64,000 nucleotides of DNA from an uncultured Gemmatimonadales bacterium. Its GTDB lineage: Bacteria > Gemmatimonadota > Gemmatimonadetes > Longimicrobiales > RSA9. The first letter of the stretch is position 1. Every line of letters begins with the position of its first letter. The position numbers and the translations under genes are program-made. The notes beneath the pieces are model-generated. The model was given only the letters and a program-made list of their open reading frames with translations, was not told the origin of the DNA and ran no database searches. The stretch lies in assembly GCA_963798845.1 (NCBI GenBank), contig CAWCUS010000002.1, positions 736,001 through 800,000 on the forward strand. Direction: 5' to 3'. This document shows, in pieces, positions 20,279-29,891 of the stretch.

Positions 20279-21537
20279 GCATCGCCGGCGCCGATGCGGG
20301 CGCTGCTGGCCGAAGCCCGAACGGCCTCGCGGCCGGCGCACGCCTGAACGTCGGCGCGGGACCGGTGCTCGGGTTCCTCCTTGCCGGCTACGTCCTCCTT
20401 CTTCCCGTCCAGCTCCGGCTCAGCGGATCGTTCCGGGTCGCTCCGTCCGACGCGCTGCTCGCCGTGCTCCTGGTGGTGTACGTTGGCACCGGCCGGCTCC
20501 GGATTCCCCTGCGAGCACTCAGCCCGTGGCACTTCCTCGTTCCGATGACGTTCATTGTCGGGACCGTGGTGACGGCGCTGCATGACGCCTCCGTCAGCCG
20601 GTACACGCTGGTGAACAAGGTGGTGGGCCTCGCGATCCTCTTCCTCGGCTACGCGGTGTTCTCGAGCATAGCCGTCGGCTGGGGCCGGATCCGGTGGCTG
20701 CTGCGGCTGCTGGTGGTCGGCGTGGCCGTCCAGGCGCTCGTGGCCGTGATCGCCTTCACCGTGCAGCGGCTGGGCGGGCCCGCCGTGGCAGGGCTCAACG
20801 ACTACACCGGTCGGGTCTCCGGGATGCTCGTGGACCCGAACGCCTTCGGCGGGCTGCTCGTCCTGACCATGGCCATACTCCTGGCCGGCAACTCGGGGCG
20901 GCGGCCGCTCCTCGGGGGCTGGCCGGGACGGCTGTGTGCGACTGCGCTCGTGGTCGGCGTGATCCTCACCTTCTCCCGCTCCGCCTGGCTCGCGCTGGCG
21001 GCAGTCATCGGCCTCGTCTCGCTCGTCGACCTGCGGCTGGCGCTGAAGGCCGGGGCGGCCGGGGTGCTCGCCGTCGGAGCCATGCTTGCGGTCGTGGGCA
21101 CACAATACATCCGGGTGATCGTGGCCATGGCCACGCGCGGCGCCCAGATCGAGGCCCGGCTCGAGTACATCGATGTGGCGCTGCACGATTTCGCCGCCAG
21201 CCCCATCCTGGGAACCGGCCTCGGGTACTTCGCCGACCAGTACGGCTGGATCATCCACAACACGCCGCTCTGGATCATGGCGGAGATGGGCCTCGTGGGA
21301 CTGATCGTGTTCACCGGCTTCGCCGCGTGGTTCATCTGGGCCGGCGTCAGCGCGTACCGGGCCGCTCCTGCCGACGAGCGGCCCATCGTGCTCGGGCTCG
21401 TGCTGGCGTTCACGGCCATGTGCGTCCTGTCGGTAGGGATCGAGGCGCTCTATCAGCGGCACTGGTGGCTGGTCATGTCCCTGATCGCCGCGGCGCACGT
21501 GCTCGCCTCGCCCGGGCCGGAAGCGAGGGCAGCATGA
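20275..21537 (+). CDS. O-antigen ligase / Wzy polymerase family membrane protein
   Basis: RVSGMLVDPNAFG, TFSRSAW, PILGTGLG, IHNTPLWIMAEMGLVG. Confidence 0.85.
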   Translation: MSIAGADAGAAGRSPNGLAAGARLNVGAGPVLGFLLAGYVLLLPVQLRLSGSFRVAPSDALLAVLLVVYVGTGRLRIPLRALSPWHFLVPMTFIVGTVVTALHDASVSRYTLVNKVVGLAILFLGYAVFSSIAVGWGRIRWLLRLLVVGVAVQALVAVIAFTVQRLGGPAVAGLNDYTGRVSGMLVDPNAFGGLLVLTMAILLAGNSGRRPLLGGWPGRLCATALVVGVILTFSRSAWLALAAVIGLVSLVDLRLALKAGAAGVLAVGAMLAVVGTQYIRVIVAMATRGAQIEARLEYIDVALHDFAASPILGTGLGYFADQYGWIIHNTPLWIMAEMGLVGLIVFTGFAAWFIWAGVSAYRAAPADERPIVLGLVLAFTAMCVLSVGIEALYQRHWWLVMSLIAAAHVLASPGPEARAA

Positions 21538-22493
21538 CCGGTGAGCGCGCGGAGCCCTGCGGAATCAGCGTCATCATCCCGGTCCTCGACGACCCCGCAG
21601 GCGTGCGCGACACCGTCGAGTCGCTGCTGGCCCAGACGCACCCTCCCGAGCCGTGGGAAATCGTCGTGGTGGACAACGGGTCCAGCGACGACACCCTGGC
21701 CGTAGCGCGCGGCTACGAGCGGCATCACCCCGGGAGGGTCCGCGTGGTGTGCGAGCACCGCACCGGGTCCTATGCGGCCCGCAATCGCGGCATCGAGGTG
21801 GCGTCGGGAGAGATCCTCTGCTTCATCGACGCGGACATGAGAGCCCCTCCGTCGTTCCTGGCGGAGCTCGCCCGTTTCCTGGATCGTCACCCGGGCGTCG
21901 ACTACGTCGCCTACGGTGTGCGGGTCGAAGCGGAGGTGAATACGGTCGCCGCGACGTACGAGCGCCTCTACGCGTTCCAGATGCGGCGCTATTTCGAGCG
22001 CCAGCACTACTCGGGCGCCGCGTGCCTCACGGTGCGCCGCCGGCTCGTCGAGCAGGTGGGCGCGTTCGACGCCCGGCTCGAGTCGGGCGGCGACCGGGAA
22101 TTCGGCCAGCGTGTCCACGCCGCCGGCATGGAGCAGGCGTTCTTAGAGCCGCTGGAGCTGAGGCATCCCGCGCGGATCGGGATCGCGTCGCTCGTGGCGA
22201 AGGCGATGCGGGTGGGGCGGGGACTCGCGCAGCTGAGCCACTACAGGCCCGACCGGTACTCAGGGCTCACGCGCTCGATGTACTCACCGGTGCGCTTCCG
22301 CCCCCGCAGCCCGTGGGACCTGTTCCGGCGTGCGCGCCGGGCCGGTGTCCGCCCGACCCTCGCCTCCGCGGTGTGCATTCCCCTGCTCCCGGCGCTGCTG
22401 CATGCCGTCTCGCTCCGCGCCTTCCGACGCGAGCGGAAGCGCCTGCGCGCCCTGGAGCGGGCCGAGCCGGTCCGGGCCGGTGCGCATGGGTGA
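21534..22493 (+). CDS. Glycosyltransferase family 2
   Basis: ISVIIPV, VVDNGSSD, GSYAARNRG, FIDAD, FDARLESGGDREF. Confidence 0.9.
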   Translation: MTGERAEPCGISVIIPVLDDPAGVRDTVESLLAQTHPPEPWEIVVVDNGSSDDTLAVARGYERHHPGRVRVVCEHRTGSYAARNRGIEVASGEILCFIDADMRAPPSFLAELARFLDRHPGVDYVAYGVRVEAEVNTVAATYERLYAFQMRRYFERQHYSGAACLTVRRRLVEQVGAFDARLESGGDREFGQRVHAAGMEQAFLEPLELRHPARIGIASLVAKAMRVGRGLAQLSHYRPDRYSGLTRSMYSPVRFRPRSPWDLFRRARRAGVRPTLASAVCIPLLPALLHAVSLRAFRRERKRLRALERAEPVRAGAHG

Positions 22494-23385
22494 CCCGCTG
22501 GTGTCGGTCATGCTCCCGTGCCACAATGCCGCCGCCACGCTCCCGGCGGCGCTCGCATCGCTGGTGGCGCAGGAGTACGAGCGCTGGGAGTGCGTGCTGG
22601 TGGACGACGGGTCGGAGGATCGGCCCGACCGCGTGGTGGAGCGGTTCGGGGACCCCCGGATCCGGGTCGTCCGGCTCGCACGGAACCGCGGCCGCCCAGT
22701 GGCGCGGCAGGTGGCCCTGGACCGCGTCCGCGGCCCGCTCCTCGCCTTTCTCGACGCGGACGACTGGATCTACCCCTCCAAGCTGCGGAGGCAGGTGGCG
22801 TTCATGACGGCCCACCCGGACGTGGCGGCCGTGGGCGTGGGAATGGCGGTTACGGGCCGCAGCGGAGACATCACGGGCGTGCGGGGGCGCGGCCAGCCCC
22901 GCCACGACGCGGTCGTCCGCGAGCCGTGGACCCGGCTCGCGCCCCCGCCCATCGCTCCGGTCACCGCCATGCTGCGCATCGACGGGGCGACCGAGGCGTC
23001 GTACGATCCCCGCCTCATCCGCGGCCAGGACACGGACTTCCTGCTCCAGGTGGTCCTCGACCGACCGTTCGCCACACTCTACGGTCTCGGCTACGCCTAC
23101 GCCGAGCACGACTCGTTCGCCCGCGACAAGGCGATCACCGGACTGCGCTGCGAGCAGCTCATGTACGGCAAGCGGTTCCGGCGCGCTCCGCTGCAGGCGA
23201 TGCGCCGCATGGCGGCCGCCGAGGCGAAGCTGTGGACGTACCGCGCCGGGTTCCTCCTCGGCATGGACGACTACCTGGTCCGCCGACGCTCCGCCGCCCC
23301 GGACCCCGGCGACCTCGCGGGGTTCGAGGCCGCCCGGAGCGCGGTGGATCGCGTTCGCCTCGGGGCGATGGCAAGGGAGGCGTGA
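22486..23385 (+). CDS. Glycosyltransferase family 2
   Basis: VSVMLPCHN, LVDDGSED, NRGRPVAR, FLDADD, GQDTDF. Confidence 0.9.
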   Translation: MGDPLVSVMLPCHNAAATLPAALASLVAQEYERWECVLVDDGSEDRPDRVVERFGDPRIRVVRLARNRGRPVARQVALDRVRGPLLAFLDADDWIYPSKLRRQVAFMTAHPDVAAVGVGMAVTGRSGDITGVRGRGQPRHDAVVREPWTRLAPPPIAPVTAMLRIDGATEASYDPRLIRGQDTDFLLQVVLDRPFATLYGLGYAYAEHDSFARDKAITGLRCEQLMYGKRFRRAPLQAMRRMAAAEAKLWTYRAGFLLGMDDYLVRRRSAAPDPGDLAGFEAARSAVDRVRLGAMAREA

Positions 23386-24503
23386 TGGCGGCCGTCCTCG
23401 TCCTCGGCAACACGTCGAAGGGGCTCCTGATCTTTCGCGGGCCGCTGCTCCGGGCCATGGCGGAGCGCGGGCACCGCGTGTTCGCCGCCGCGCCGACGGA
23501 CGGTGCCGGGCCGGGTGCGAAGCTGGCCGAATGGGGGGTCGAGTTCCACCCGGTCGCCATGAGCCGCTCCGCTGTACGACCGCTCGCGGATCTCCGCACG
23601 CTCTCCCAGGTAGGGAGCCTCTGCCGCGACCTGCGTCCCGATGTCTTCTTCGCCAGCATGGCGAAACCGGTGATCTATGGTCTGGCCGGCGCGGCGTCCG
23701 CCGGCGTACACCGGCGTTTCGCCATGATCGAGGGGCTCGGTCGCAGCTATTCGGGCCGCTCGCCGCGCGACCGACTGCTCGCGGTGACGCTCCGGACCCT
23801 GTATCGCGGTGCGCTGCGGCTCGCGGACCGCGTGTTCTTCCTCAACCCGGACGACGAGGCCGAGTTCCGGCACCGGCGCGTCGTGGCGGCGCAGGCCAGG
23901 ACCACGGTGCTGCCGGGCATCGGCGTGGACCTGGAACACTATGGATTCGTGCCGCGCTGGCCGGAGCCTCCACGCTTCCTGTTCATCGGGCGGATGGTGC
24001 CGGAAAAGGGGGCGCGCCTCTTCGCGGAAGCCGCCAGGCGGGTCCGCACGCTCCACCCCGAAGCGCGCTTCCGCATGATCGGCCCGATCGACCCGGTGGC
24101 CCACCAGATCACGCGGGAAGAGGTGTCGGCCTGGGAGCGGGACGGGGGAGTCGAGTACGGCGGAAGCGTGGAGGACGTGCGAGCGGAGATCGAGCGCTCC
24201 AGCGTCCTCGTCCTCCCCAGCTATTATCGGGAGGGGCTGCCCCGCAGCATCCTGGAAGCGATGAGCATGGGGCGGGCGGTGGTGACCACTGATTCTCCTG
24301 GGTGTCGGGAGACGGTCTCGCACGGGGAGAACGGGTTGCTGATCGAGCCGCGCGCCCTCCGGCCGCTCGTGGACGCGATCCTCGCCCTCGTGGACGAGCC
24401 GGCGCGCATCCGCTCCATGGGCTGCGCCAGTCGTCGGCTGGCCGAACAGCGCTTCGACGGCCGGGCCGTCAATGCCCGTCTCCTCGACCTGATGGGGCTC
24501 TGA
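23385..24503 (+). CDS. Glycosyltransferase family 4 (PglA/CapM-like)
   Basis: FRGPL, KPVIYG, EGLG, FLNPDD, GIGVDL, LPSYYREGLPRSILEAMSMGR..TTDSPGCRE. Confidence 0.9.
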   Translation: MAAVLVLGNTSKGLLIFRGPLLRAMAERGHRVFAAAPTDGAGPGAKLAEWGVEFHPVAMSRSAVRPLADLRTLSQVGSLCRDLRPDVFFASMAKPVIYGLAGAASAGVHRRFAMIEGLGRSYSGRSPRDRLLAVTLRTLYRGALRLADRVFFLNPDDEAEFRHRRVVAAQARTTVLPGIGVDLEHYGFVPRWPEPPRFLFIGRMVPEKGARLFAEAARRVRTLHPEARFRMIGPIDPVAHQITREEVSAWERDGGVEYGGSVEDVRAEIERSSVLVLPSYYREGLPRSILEAMSMGRAVVTTDSPGCRETVSHGENGLLIEPRALRPLVDAILALVDEPARIRSMGCASRRLAEQRFDGRAVNARLLDLMGL

Positions 24504-24629
24504 TCTTGCATCGGCGGGCCTGCCGACCGCCCCGGATCCCCGGATCCAGCGGCTCCGCGGGCCTCGGGCCCGCAGAGCCGGGACGGCCGCGCCGCCGCCC
24601 CGGCCCGAGCACTGACAGCAGCTGGAAGG

Positions 24630-25736
24630 ATGAACGACCACCCGCCGTTCCCGGAGCGCCAGCCACTCGCGGTTCCGGACGCCGCCGCTGACGACCGCAT
24701 CAGCACGCTCGAGCTCATCAACGTCGTCCTCCGTCGCCGCCGGCTGATCCTGGGCGCGGGGATCGGACTGATGCTGCTTCTCGCCGCACGCGCCGTCCTC
24801 GCCTACGGCGACGAGCGCTACACCGCCAGCGCGACGTTCGCCACCACGCAGCCGACCAGCTCCACCTCGGACCTTTCCAGTTTCGCTCGACAGCTCGGGG
24901 TCGGCAGCAGCAGCCGGAGCGGGCCGTCTCCGGATTTCTTCGCATCCCTGGCTTCCTCCACGCCGCTGCTGAGGGTGGTGGTGGCCCGGCCGTACGTCGC
25001 CACGCTGGACGAGGACACGGTCTCGGGCACGCTGGTGCAGCTGTACGGGATCGAGAGCGCCAAGCCGGAGGCGGCGAGACGGCGGGCGGCGGCCCGGCTC
25101 GCGAAATCCGTGAAGGCGGAGGTCTCCAAGCCCACGGGCTTCGTGACCGTGCAGGCCACCACGATGGCCCCCGATCTCTCCGAGCAGGTCGTGGCGAACA
25201 TCATCGAGGCCGTGCGCCAGTACAACCGAGACGCGCAGCGCGTGCAGGCTTCGGCCGAAGCGGATTTCATCGCGGAGCGGCTGCAGGACGCGCAAGGAAA
25301 CCTGGACGCGGCGGAGACGGCGCTCGCGGCTTTCATGCGTCGCAACCGCGCGTTCGCCTCATCCCCGGACCTGCTGCTCGAGCACGACAATCTCCAGCGC
25401 CGGGTGCAGGTACAGCAGGAATTCGTGCTCTCGCTCGCTCGCTCGCTCGAACAGTCGCGGATGGAGCAGCTCCACGATCTGCCCCAGGTCCGGATCCTGG
25501 AGCCGCCCGCCGGGTCCGCGGTCCGCGACCGCCCCGTTCCGCTCGTTCCGATGGCGGTCCTGGGACTGGTGCTCGGGCTCGTGCTGGGCGTGCTCGTGGC
25601 GTTCCTGCTCGAGCTGTTCCGGCGAGGACGCCATCAGGGCGGCTCGGAGTACGCGGAGTATCAGGCGCTGCGGCGCGATACGCTCGCGGACCTCAGCCTG
25701 CCGATCCGATGGGTGCGGCGTCGACAGGTCTCGTGA
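24630..25736 (+). CDS. Wzz/GumC-type polysaccharide co-polymerase (no kinase domain)
   Basis: N-terminal ISTLELINVVLRRRRLI plus TM, YTASATF, coiled coil, ILEPP, and C-terminal TM GLVLGLVLG. Confidence 0.8.
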   Translation: MNDHPPFPERQPLAVPDAAADDRISTLELINVVLRRRRLILGAGIGLMLLLAARAVLAYGDERYTASATFATTQPTSSTSDLSSFARQLGVGSSSRSGPSPDFFASLASSTPLLRVVVARPYVATLDEDTVSGTLVQLYGIESAKPEAARRRAAARLAKSVKAEVSKPTGFVTVQATTMAPDLSEQVVANIIEAVRQYNRDAQRVQASAEADFIAERLQDAQGNLDAAETALAAFMRRNRAFASSPDLLLEHDNLQRRVQVQQEFVLSLARSLEQSRMEQLHDLPQVRILEPPAGSAVRDRPVPLVPMAVLGLVLGLVLGVLVAFLLELFRRGRHQGGSEYAEYQALRRDTLADLSLPIRWVRRRQVS

Positions 25737-26359
25737 AGCGGGCCATGGACCTGATCGGCGCCGGCGCGGCCCTCGTGCTCACGTCCCCGCTGCTGGCGGC
25801 CGTCGCGCTCCTGGTCCGCGTTCGCCTCGGGACTCCCGTGCTCTTCCGGCAGCGCCGCCCGGGGCTCCACGGCCGCCCCTTCGTCCTGTACAAGTTCCGA
25901 ACGATGCGCGAGCCGCGGGATGGAGAGGAGCGCGCCCGCACGGATGCGGAGCGGCTGACACCGCTGGGGCGGGTGCTGCGGGCCACGAGCCTGGACGAGC
26001 TCCCGGAGCTGGCGAATGTGCTGCGCGGCGACATGAGCCTGGTGGGGCCCCGTCCCCTGCTGATGGACTACCTCCCGCGCTACACCCCGGAGCAGGCGAG
26101 GCGTCACGAGGTCCGGCCCGGGCTGACCGGGCTGGCGCAGGTGCGTGGCCGCAACGCTCTCACGTGGGACGAGAAGTTCCGCCTCGACGTCTGGTATGTC
26201 GATCATCGCTCCACCTGGCTGGACCTGAAGATCCTCGCGCTCACCGCGGGGCAGGTGGTCACGGGGCGAGGCATCGCGCACCCCGGGGAGGCGACCATGA
26301 GGGAGTTCCGCGGCTCCGGCCCGGCGGCGCGGCGACGCTCGCCGGGAGGCTCGTCGTGA
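25709..26359 (+). CDS. Small priming phosphoglycosyl transferase (PglC/EpsL-like)
   Basis: KRAMDL, PVLFRQRRPG, KFRTM, SLDELP, GDMSLVGPRP, RPGLTGLAQV, KFRLDVWYV. Confidence 0.92.
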   Translation: MGAASTGLVKRAMDLIGAGAALVLTSPLLAAVALLVRVRLGTPVLFRQRRPGLHGRPFVLYKFRTMREPRDGEERARTDAERLTPLGRVLRATSLDELPELANVLRGDMSLVGPRPLLMDYLPRYTPEQARRHEVRPGLTGLAQVRGRNALTWDEKFRLDVWYVDHRSTWLDLKILALTAGQVVTGRGIAHPGEATMREFRGSGPAARRRSPGGSS

Positions 26360-27021
26360 AGCCGCTCGTGATCGTCGGCGCCGGAGGCCTCGGTCGCGAG
26401 ATCGCCGCCCTGGTCCGCGACATCAACGCGCAGCGCGCGACATGGGAGCTGGCCGGTTTCATCGATGACGATCCGGCCGCGGCGGGCAGGACCGTGGATG
26501 ACCTCGAGGTTCTGGGCGGTCAGGAATGGCTGGCCGAGCGGTCCGGCACGCACGACGTCGCGTTCGGCGTCGGCAGCCCCGCGGTGCGCTTCAGGCTGCT
26601 CCGCGCCCTCCGCCCACACGCCGCCGCCTTCCCGGCCCTGGTCCACCCGACCGTGGTTCGGACCCCGTATCTCGAGCTCGGTGAGGGGGCGCTGGTCACG
26701 GCGGGGAACATCCTGACCAGCCAGATCACGGTGGGGGCGTTCGCCCTCCTGAACCTGGCCTGCACGGTCGGCCACGACGCCCGCATCGGGGACTTCGTCA
26801 CCGTTGCCCCGGGGGTGGCGATCTCGGGCCACGTCGTCCTGGAGGAGGGGTGCGACATCGGCACGGGCAGCAGCCTGGTCCAGGGGACGCGCGTCGGGGC
26901 ATGGAGCGTGGTCGGCGCCGGCGCCGTGGTCGCCCGCGACATCCCGGCCAACGTCACCGCGGTGGGGGTGCCGGCTCGCCCCATCAAGGAACGGCCCCCG
27001 GGTTGGCACGAAGCGGCGTGA
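26356..27021 (+). CDS. Sugar N/O-acetyltransferase (PglD/EpsM/NeuD family)
   Basis: IVGAGGLGRE, GFIDD, LVHP, VGHD, hexapeptide repeats, GVPA. Confidence 0.9.
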   Translation: MKPLVIVGAGGLGREIAALVRDINAQRATWELAGFIDDDPAAAGRTVDDLEVLGGQEWLAERSGTHDVAFGVGSPAVRFRLLRALRPHAAAFPALVHPTVVRTPYLELGEGALVTAGNILTSQITVGAFALLNLACTVGHDARIGDFVTVAPGVAISGHVVLEEGCDIGTGSSLVQGTRVGAWSVVGAGAVVARDIPANVTAVGVPARPIKERPPGWHEAA

Positions 27022-28169
27022 GCGACCCTCGTCCCCGTCTCTACCTGTCGCCACCACACCTCACCGGCCAGGAGGCGGCCATGGTGTCGGAGGCGCTCGA
27101 GAGCAACTGGGTGGCGCCGCTGGGTCCGCACGTGGACGCCTTCGAGCGCGAGTTCGCCGCGGCAGTGGACGCGCCGTTCGCCGTTGCCGTGAGCTCCGGC
27201 ACCGCTGCCCTCCACCTGGCGCTGCGGCTCGCCGGCGTGGGGCCCGGCGACGAGGTCCTGGTCTCCACCCTCACGTTCGCGGCCAGCGTATTCCCGGTCC
27301 GCTACCTCGGGGCGGCGCCGGTCTTCGTGGACTCGGAGCCCCGCTCCTGGAACGTGGACCCGGCGCTGCTGGCGGAAGCCGTGGAGGAGCGCGTGCGGCG
27401 CGGCCGGCCGCCGCGGGCGGTGGTCGTGGTGCACCTGTACGGGCAGTGCGCGGACCTGGACCCCATCGTCGCGCTGTGCAGCCGCCACGGCATCGCGCTG
27501 GTCGAGGACGCGGCGGAGGCGCTGGGCGCCGCCTACCGCGGCCGACCCCCGGGGAGCTTCGGCCGCGCGGGCGTGTTCTCGTTCAACGGGAACAAGATCA
27601 TCACCACTTCGGGTGGCGGCATGCTGGTCACGGGCGACCAGTCGCTGGCGGAGCACGCGCGCAAGCTGGCCACGCAGTCGCGTGACCCGGCGCCCCACTA
27701 CGAGCACTCGGAGCTCGGGTTCAATTACCGGCTCAGCAACGTGCTGGCGGGGATCGGGCGGGCCCAGCTGCGCGCGCTTCCGGACCGTGTCCGCGCCAGG
27801 CGCGCGAACTTCGACGCCTACCGGGCGGCGCTCGGCGACCTGCCCGGCATCGCGTTCATGCCGGAGGCGGAATGGGGGACGCACACCCGCTGGCTCACCA
27901 CCCTGACCATCGACCCGACGTCGTTCGGAACGGACCGGGAGACCGTCCGCCGGGCGCTGGAAGCGGAGAATATCGAGGCACGTCCGGTGTGGAAGCCCAT
28001 GCACCTCCAGCCGGTGTTCAGCGGCTGCGAACACGTGGGCGGCGCCGTGGCGGAGCGGCTGTTCGAGCGCGGGCTGTGCCTCCCGTCCGGCTCCAGCCTC
28101 GAGCGGAGGGACCTCGACCGGGTGGTCGGGATCGTCCGGGCCGCCTCGGCCGCCTCGGCCGCCCGCTGA
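27018..28169 (+). CDS. PLP-dependent sugar aminotransferase (PglE/EpsN-like)
   Basis: LYLSPPH, SNWVAPLGP, SSGTAALHLAL, EDAAEALG, SFNGNKIITTSGGG, RPVWKPMH, CLPSG. Confidence 0.92.
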   Translation: MSDPRPRLYLSPPHLTGQEAAMVSEALESNWVAPLGPHVDAFEREFAAAVDAPFAVAVSSGTAALHLALRLAGVGPGDEVLVSTLTFAASVFPVRYLGAAPVFVDSEPRSWNVDPALLAEAVEERVRRGRPPRAVVVVHLYGQCADLDPIVALCSRHGIALVEDAAEALGAAYRGRPPGSFGRAGVFSFNGNKIITTSGGGMLVTGDQSLAEHARKLATQSRDPAPHYEHSELGFNYRLSNVLAGIGRAQLRALPDRVRARRANFDAYRAALGDLPGIAFMPEAEWGTHTRWLTTLTIDPTSFGTDRETVRRALEAENIEARPVWKPMHLQPVFSGCEHVGGAVAERLFERGLCLPSGSSLERRDLDRVVGIVRAASAASAAR

Positions 28170-28184
28170 GCTCCAGCCGCCGGC

Positions 28185-29855
28185 TCAGCCGGACAGCGCG
28201 CGCCACTCGGCGGCGGTCGTGCTGCTGGACGCCGCAACCCAGCGCCGATCGCCGGCGGGTGTGCGCAGCAGGCACACGTCGCCTCTCAGCCCCGGCACCG
28301 CCCGCCCGACGGGGCTCGCGTCCACGAGGATCGTGCGTGCGCCCTCGATGCGCGCCCCGACGGTGCGCCCGCCCAGCCGGTCCTGGCGCTCCGGCATCTC
28401 GATGTCACGGCAGGCGATCCGGTTGTGGGCATCGAACCCGCCGGTGGCGTTGCGGAGGAAATCGCCGGCCCCGAGGTGGTCGACGGCTGCGAGCTCCAGG
28501 TCCAGGTAGCGCTCGCGCGACCACTTCCAGCGCACCAGCCCTCGCGCCAGGCTGGTCACGTCCCGCAGCCGCCACGTCCCGCCCCGGTCGACGTGCAGCG
28601 CCCAGTCCAGGCCGGGGCCGAACCGGACTCGCTCCAGGGTGCCCGCGGTCTCCCACCCGTCGCGATCCGGGTTCGAGTGGATTCCGAAGACCCGCTCCGA
28701 GCCGTCGAACGAATCGCGATCCACCTCGAAACGGCAGTCCTCGAGCCGCAGACCCTGGCCGCGCCGGCTCCGATGCCATTCCACGAGCATGCCGCAGAAC
28801 GCACGGCGCTCCGTGCCGGCCGGCTTCGCGATCCGGAAGGTCACGTTGCGGAACTCCAGGTTCGCCGGGTGGAACGCCGCGGAAGCTCGCCCCGCCCCGG
28901 GCTGGATCGCCGAGCCGGGGAGAACGGAGTCGGTCACCAGGACCCGGCCGGTCCGGCTGCCGTTGGCCGACCAGCCGGTGAAGTAGTAGGGAGGCGCCTC
29001 CATCACCACGTCGTGGAGCCGCGTCACGCTGGCGCGCCCCGGGATCACGATCAGCCCGCGTTCCAGGCGGCAGTGGCTGAAGGAGACGTCCGCACGGTGG
29101 TTTCCCTCCACCTCGATGTGCACTGCCGTGGCCCGCTCGCGACCCCTGGCCTGGTAGCCGTCCACCCGGGTCGTCGAGGGTCCCGCGAGCACGGTGATCC
29201 CGCCGCGGAAGCAGTCCTCGGCGTAGTGGTCACGGACTTCCACGTCCACATCCGAGTGGATGCTCAGCCCGTCCGCCACGTTGTTCACGGTGGCGCAGCG
29301 ATCCACCAGCACCCGCAGCCGCCCGCCGCGCGAGCCGTCGGCAGAAAGGAAGATGCAGTGCGCCTGCTCCAGGTCGTGCCCGCCTTTCCAGCGGGACTGG
29401 CGGTCGCGATTCCCGTCCACGCGGAGCCTGCGGATCACGGTGAGCGGGCTGTCCCCGGCCCCCCGCCACCGCACGCCCGCCGGATGCAGGGCGTTCAGGA
29501 TCCGCGTCCACTTGCCCACGCTCTCGGGCTTCCGCAGCAGCGTAGCCCCGTTCCCCTCGATGGTGATGCCGGGGAAGAGGGGGAGGGTGGTGACCACGTA
29601 CACCCGGCCGGGCTCCAGCGCGACCTGCCCACCCCCGGCATCGTAGGCCGCGCGAAGCGCGCGACGCACCGCCTCGGTGTCGTCCGGCGATCCACCGGCG
29701 ACGCCCCGTGCGCCCCACCACTCCGGGCGGAACGAGGGCGGCGACGACCGCCCGCGGAGCTCGCCGCCGGACCGGCCGGCCACGCCCCGCCACCAGCCGG
29801 CGTCCCGGACGGTCGCGGCTGCGGCCAGCACGCCGAGGAACCGCCTGCGCTTCAT
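28185..29855 (-). CDS. Tat-exported right-handed beta-helix protein (Pectate_lyase_3/GH28-like N-terminus)
   Basis: Twin-arginine signal MKRRRFL; WGARG...DDTEAVRRAL..A...GGGQV.L.PG..Y; ITIEGNGATL; VDGN. Confidence 0.65.
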   Translation of the reverse strand: MKRRRFLGVLAAAATVRDAGWWRGVAGRSGGELRGRSSPPSFRPEWWGARGVAGGSPDDTEAVRRALRAAYDAGGGQVALEPGRVYVVTTLPLFPGITIEGNGATLLRKPESVGKWTRILNALHPAGVRWRGAGDSPLTVIRRLRVDGNRDRQSRWKGGHDLEQAHCIFLSADGSRGGRLRVLVDRCATVNNVADGLSIHSDVDVEVRDHYAEDCFRGGITVLAGPSTTRVDGYQARGRERATAVHIEVEGNHRADVSFSHCRLERGLIVIPGRASVTRLHDVVMEAPPYYFTGWSANGSRTGRVLVTDSVLPGSAIQPGAGRASAAFHPANLEFRNVTFRIAKPAGTERRAFCGMLVEWHRSRRGQGLRLEDCRFEVDRDSFDGSERVFGIHSNPDRDGWETAGTLERVRFGPGLDWALHVDRGGTWRLRDVTSLARGLVRWKWSRERYLDLELAAVDHLGAGDFLRNATGGFDAHNRIACRDIEMPERQDRLGGRTVGARIEGARTILVDASPVGRAVPGLRGDVCLLRTPAGDRRWVAASSSTTAAEWRALSG

Positions 29856-29891
29856 CGCGGCCTCGACCCGGCGCAGGCCGCGCCGCCCACC

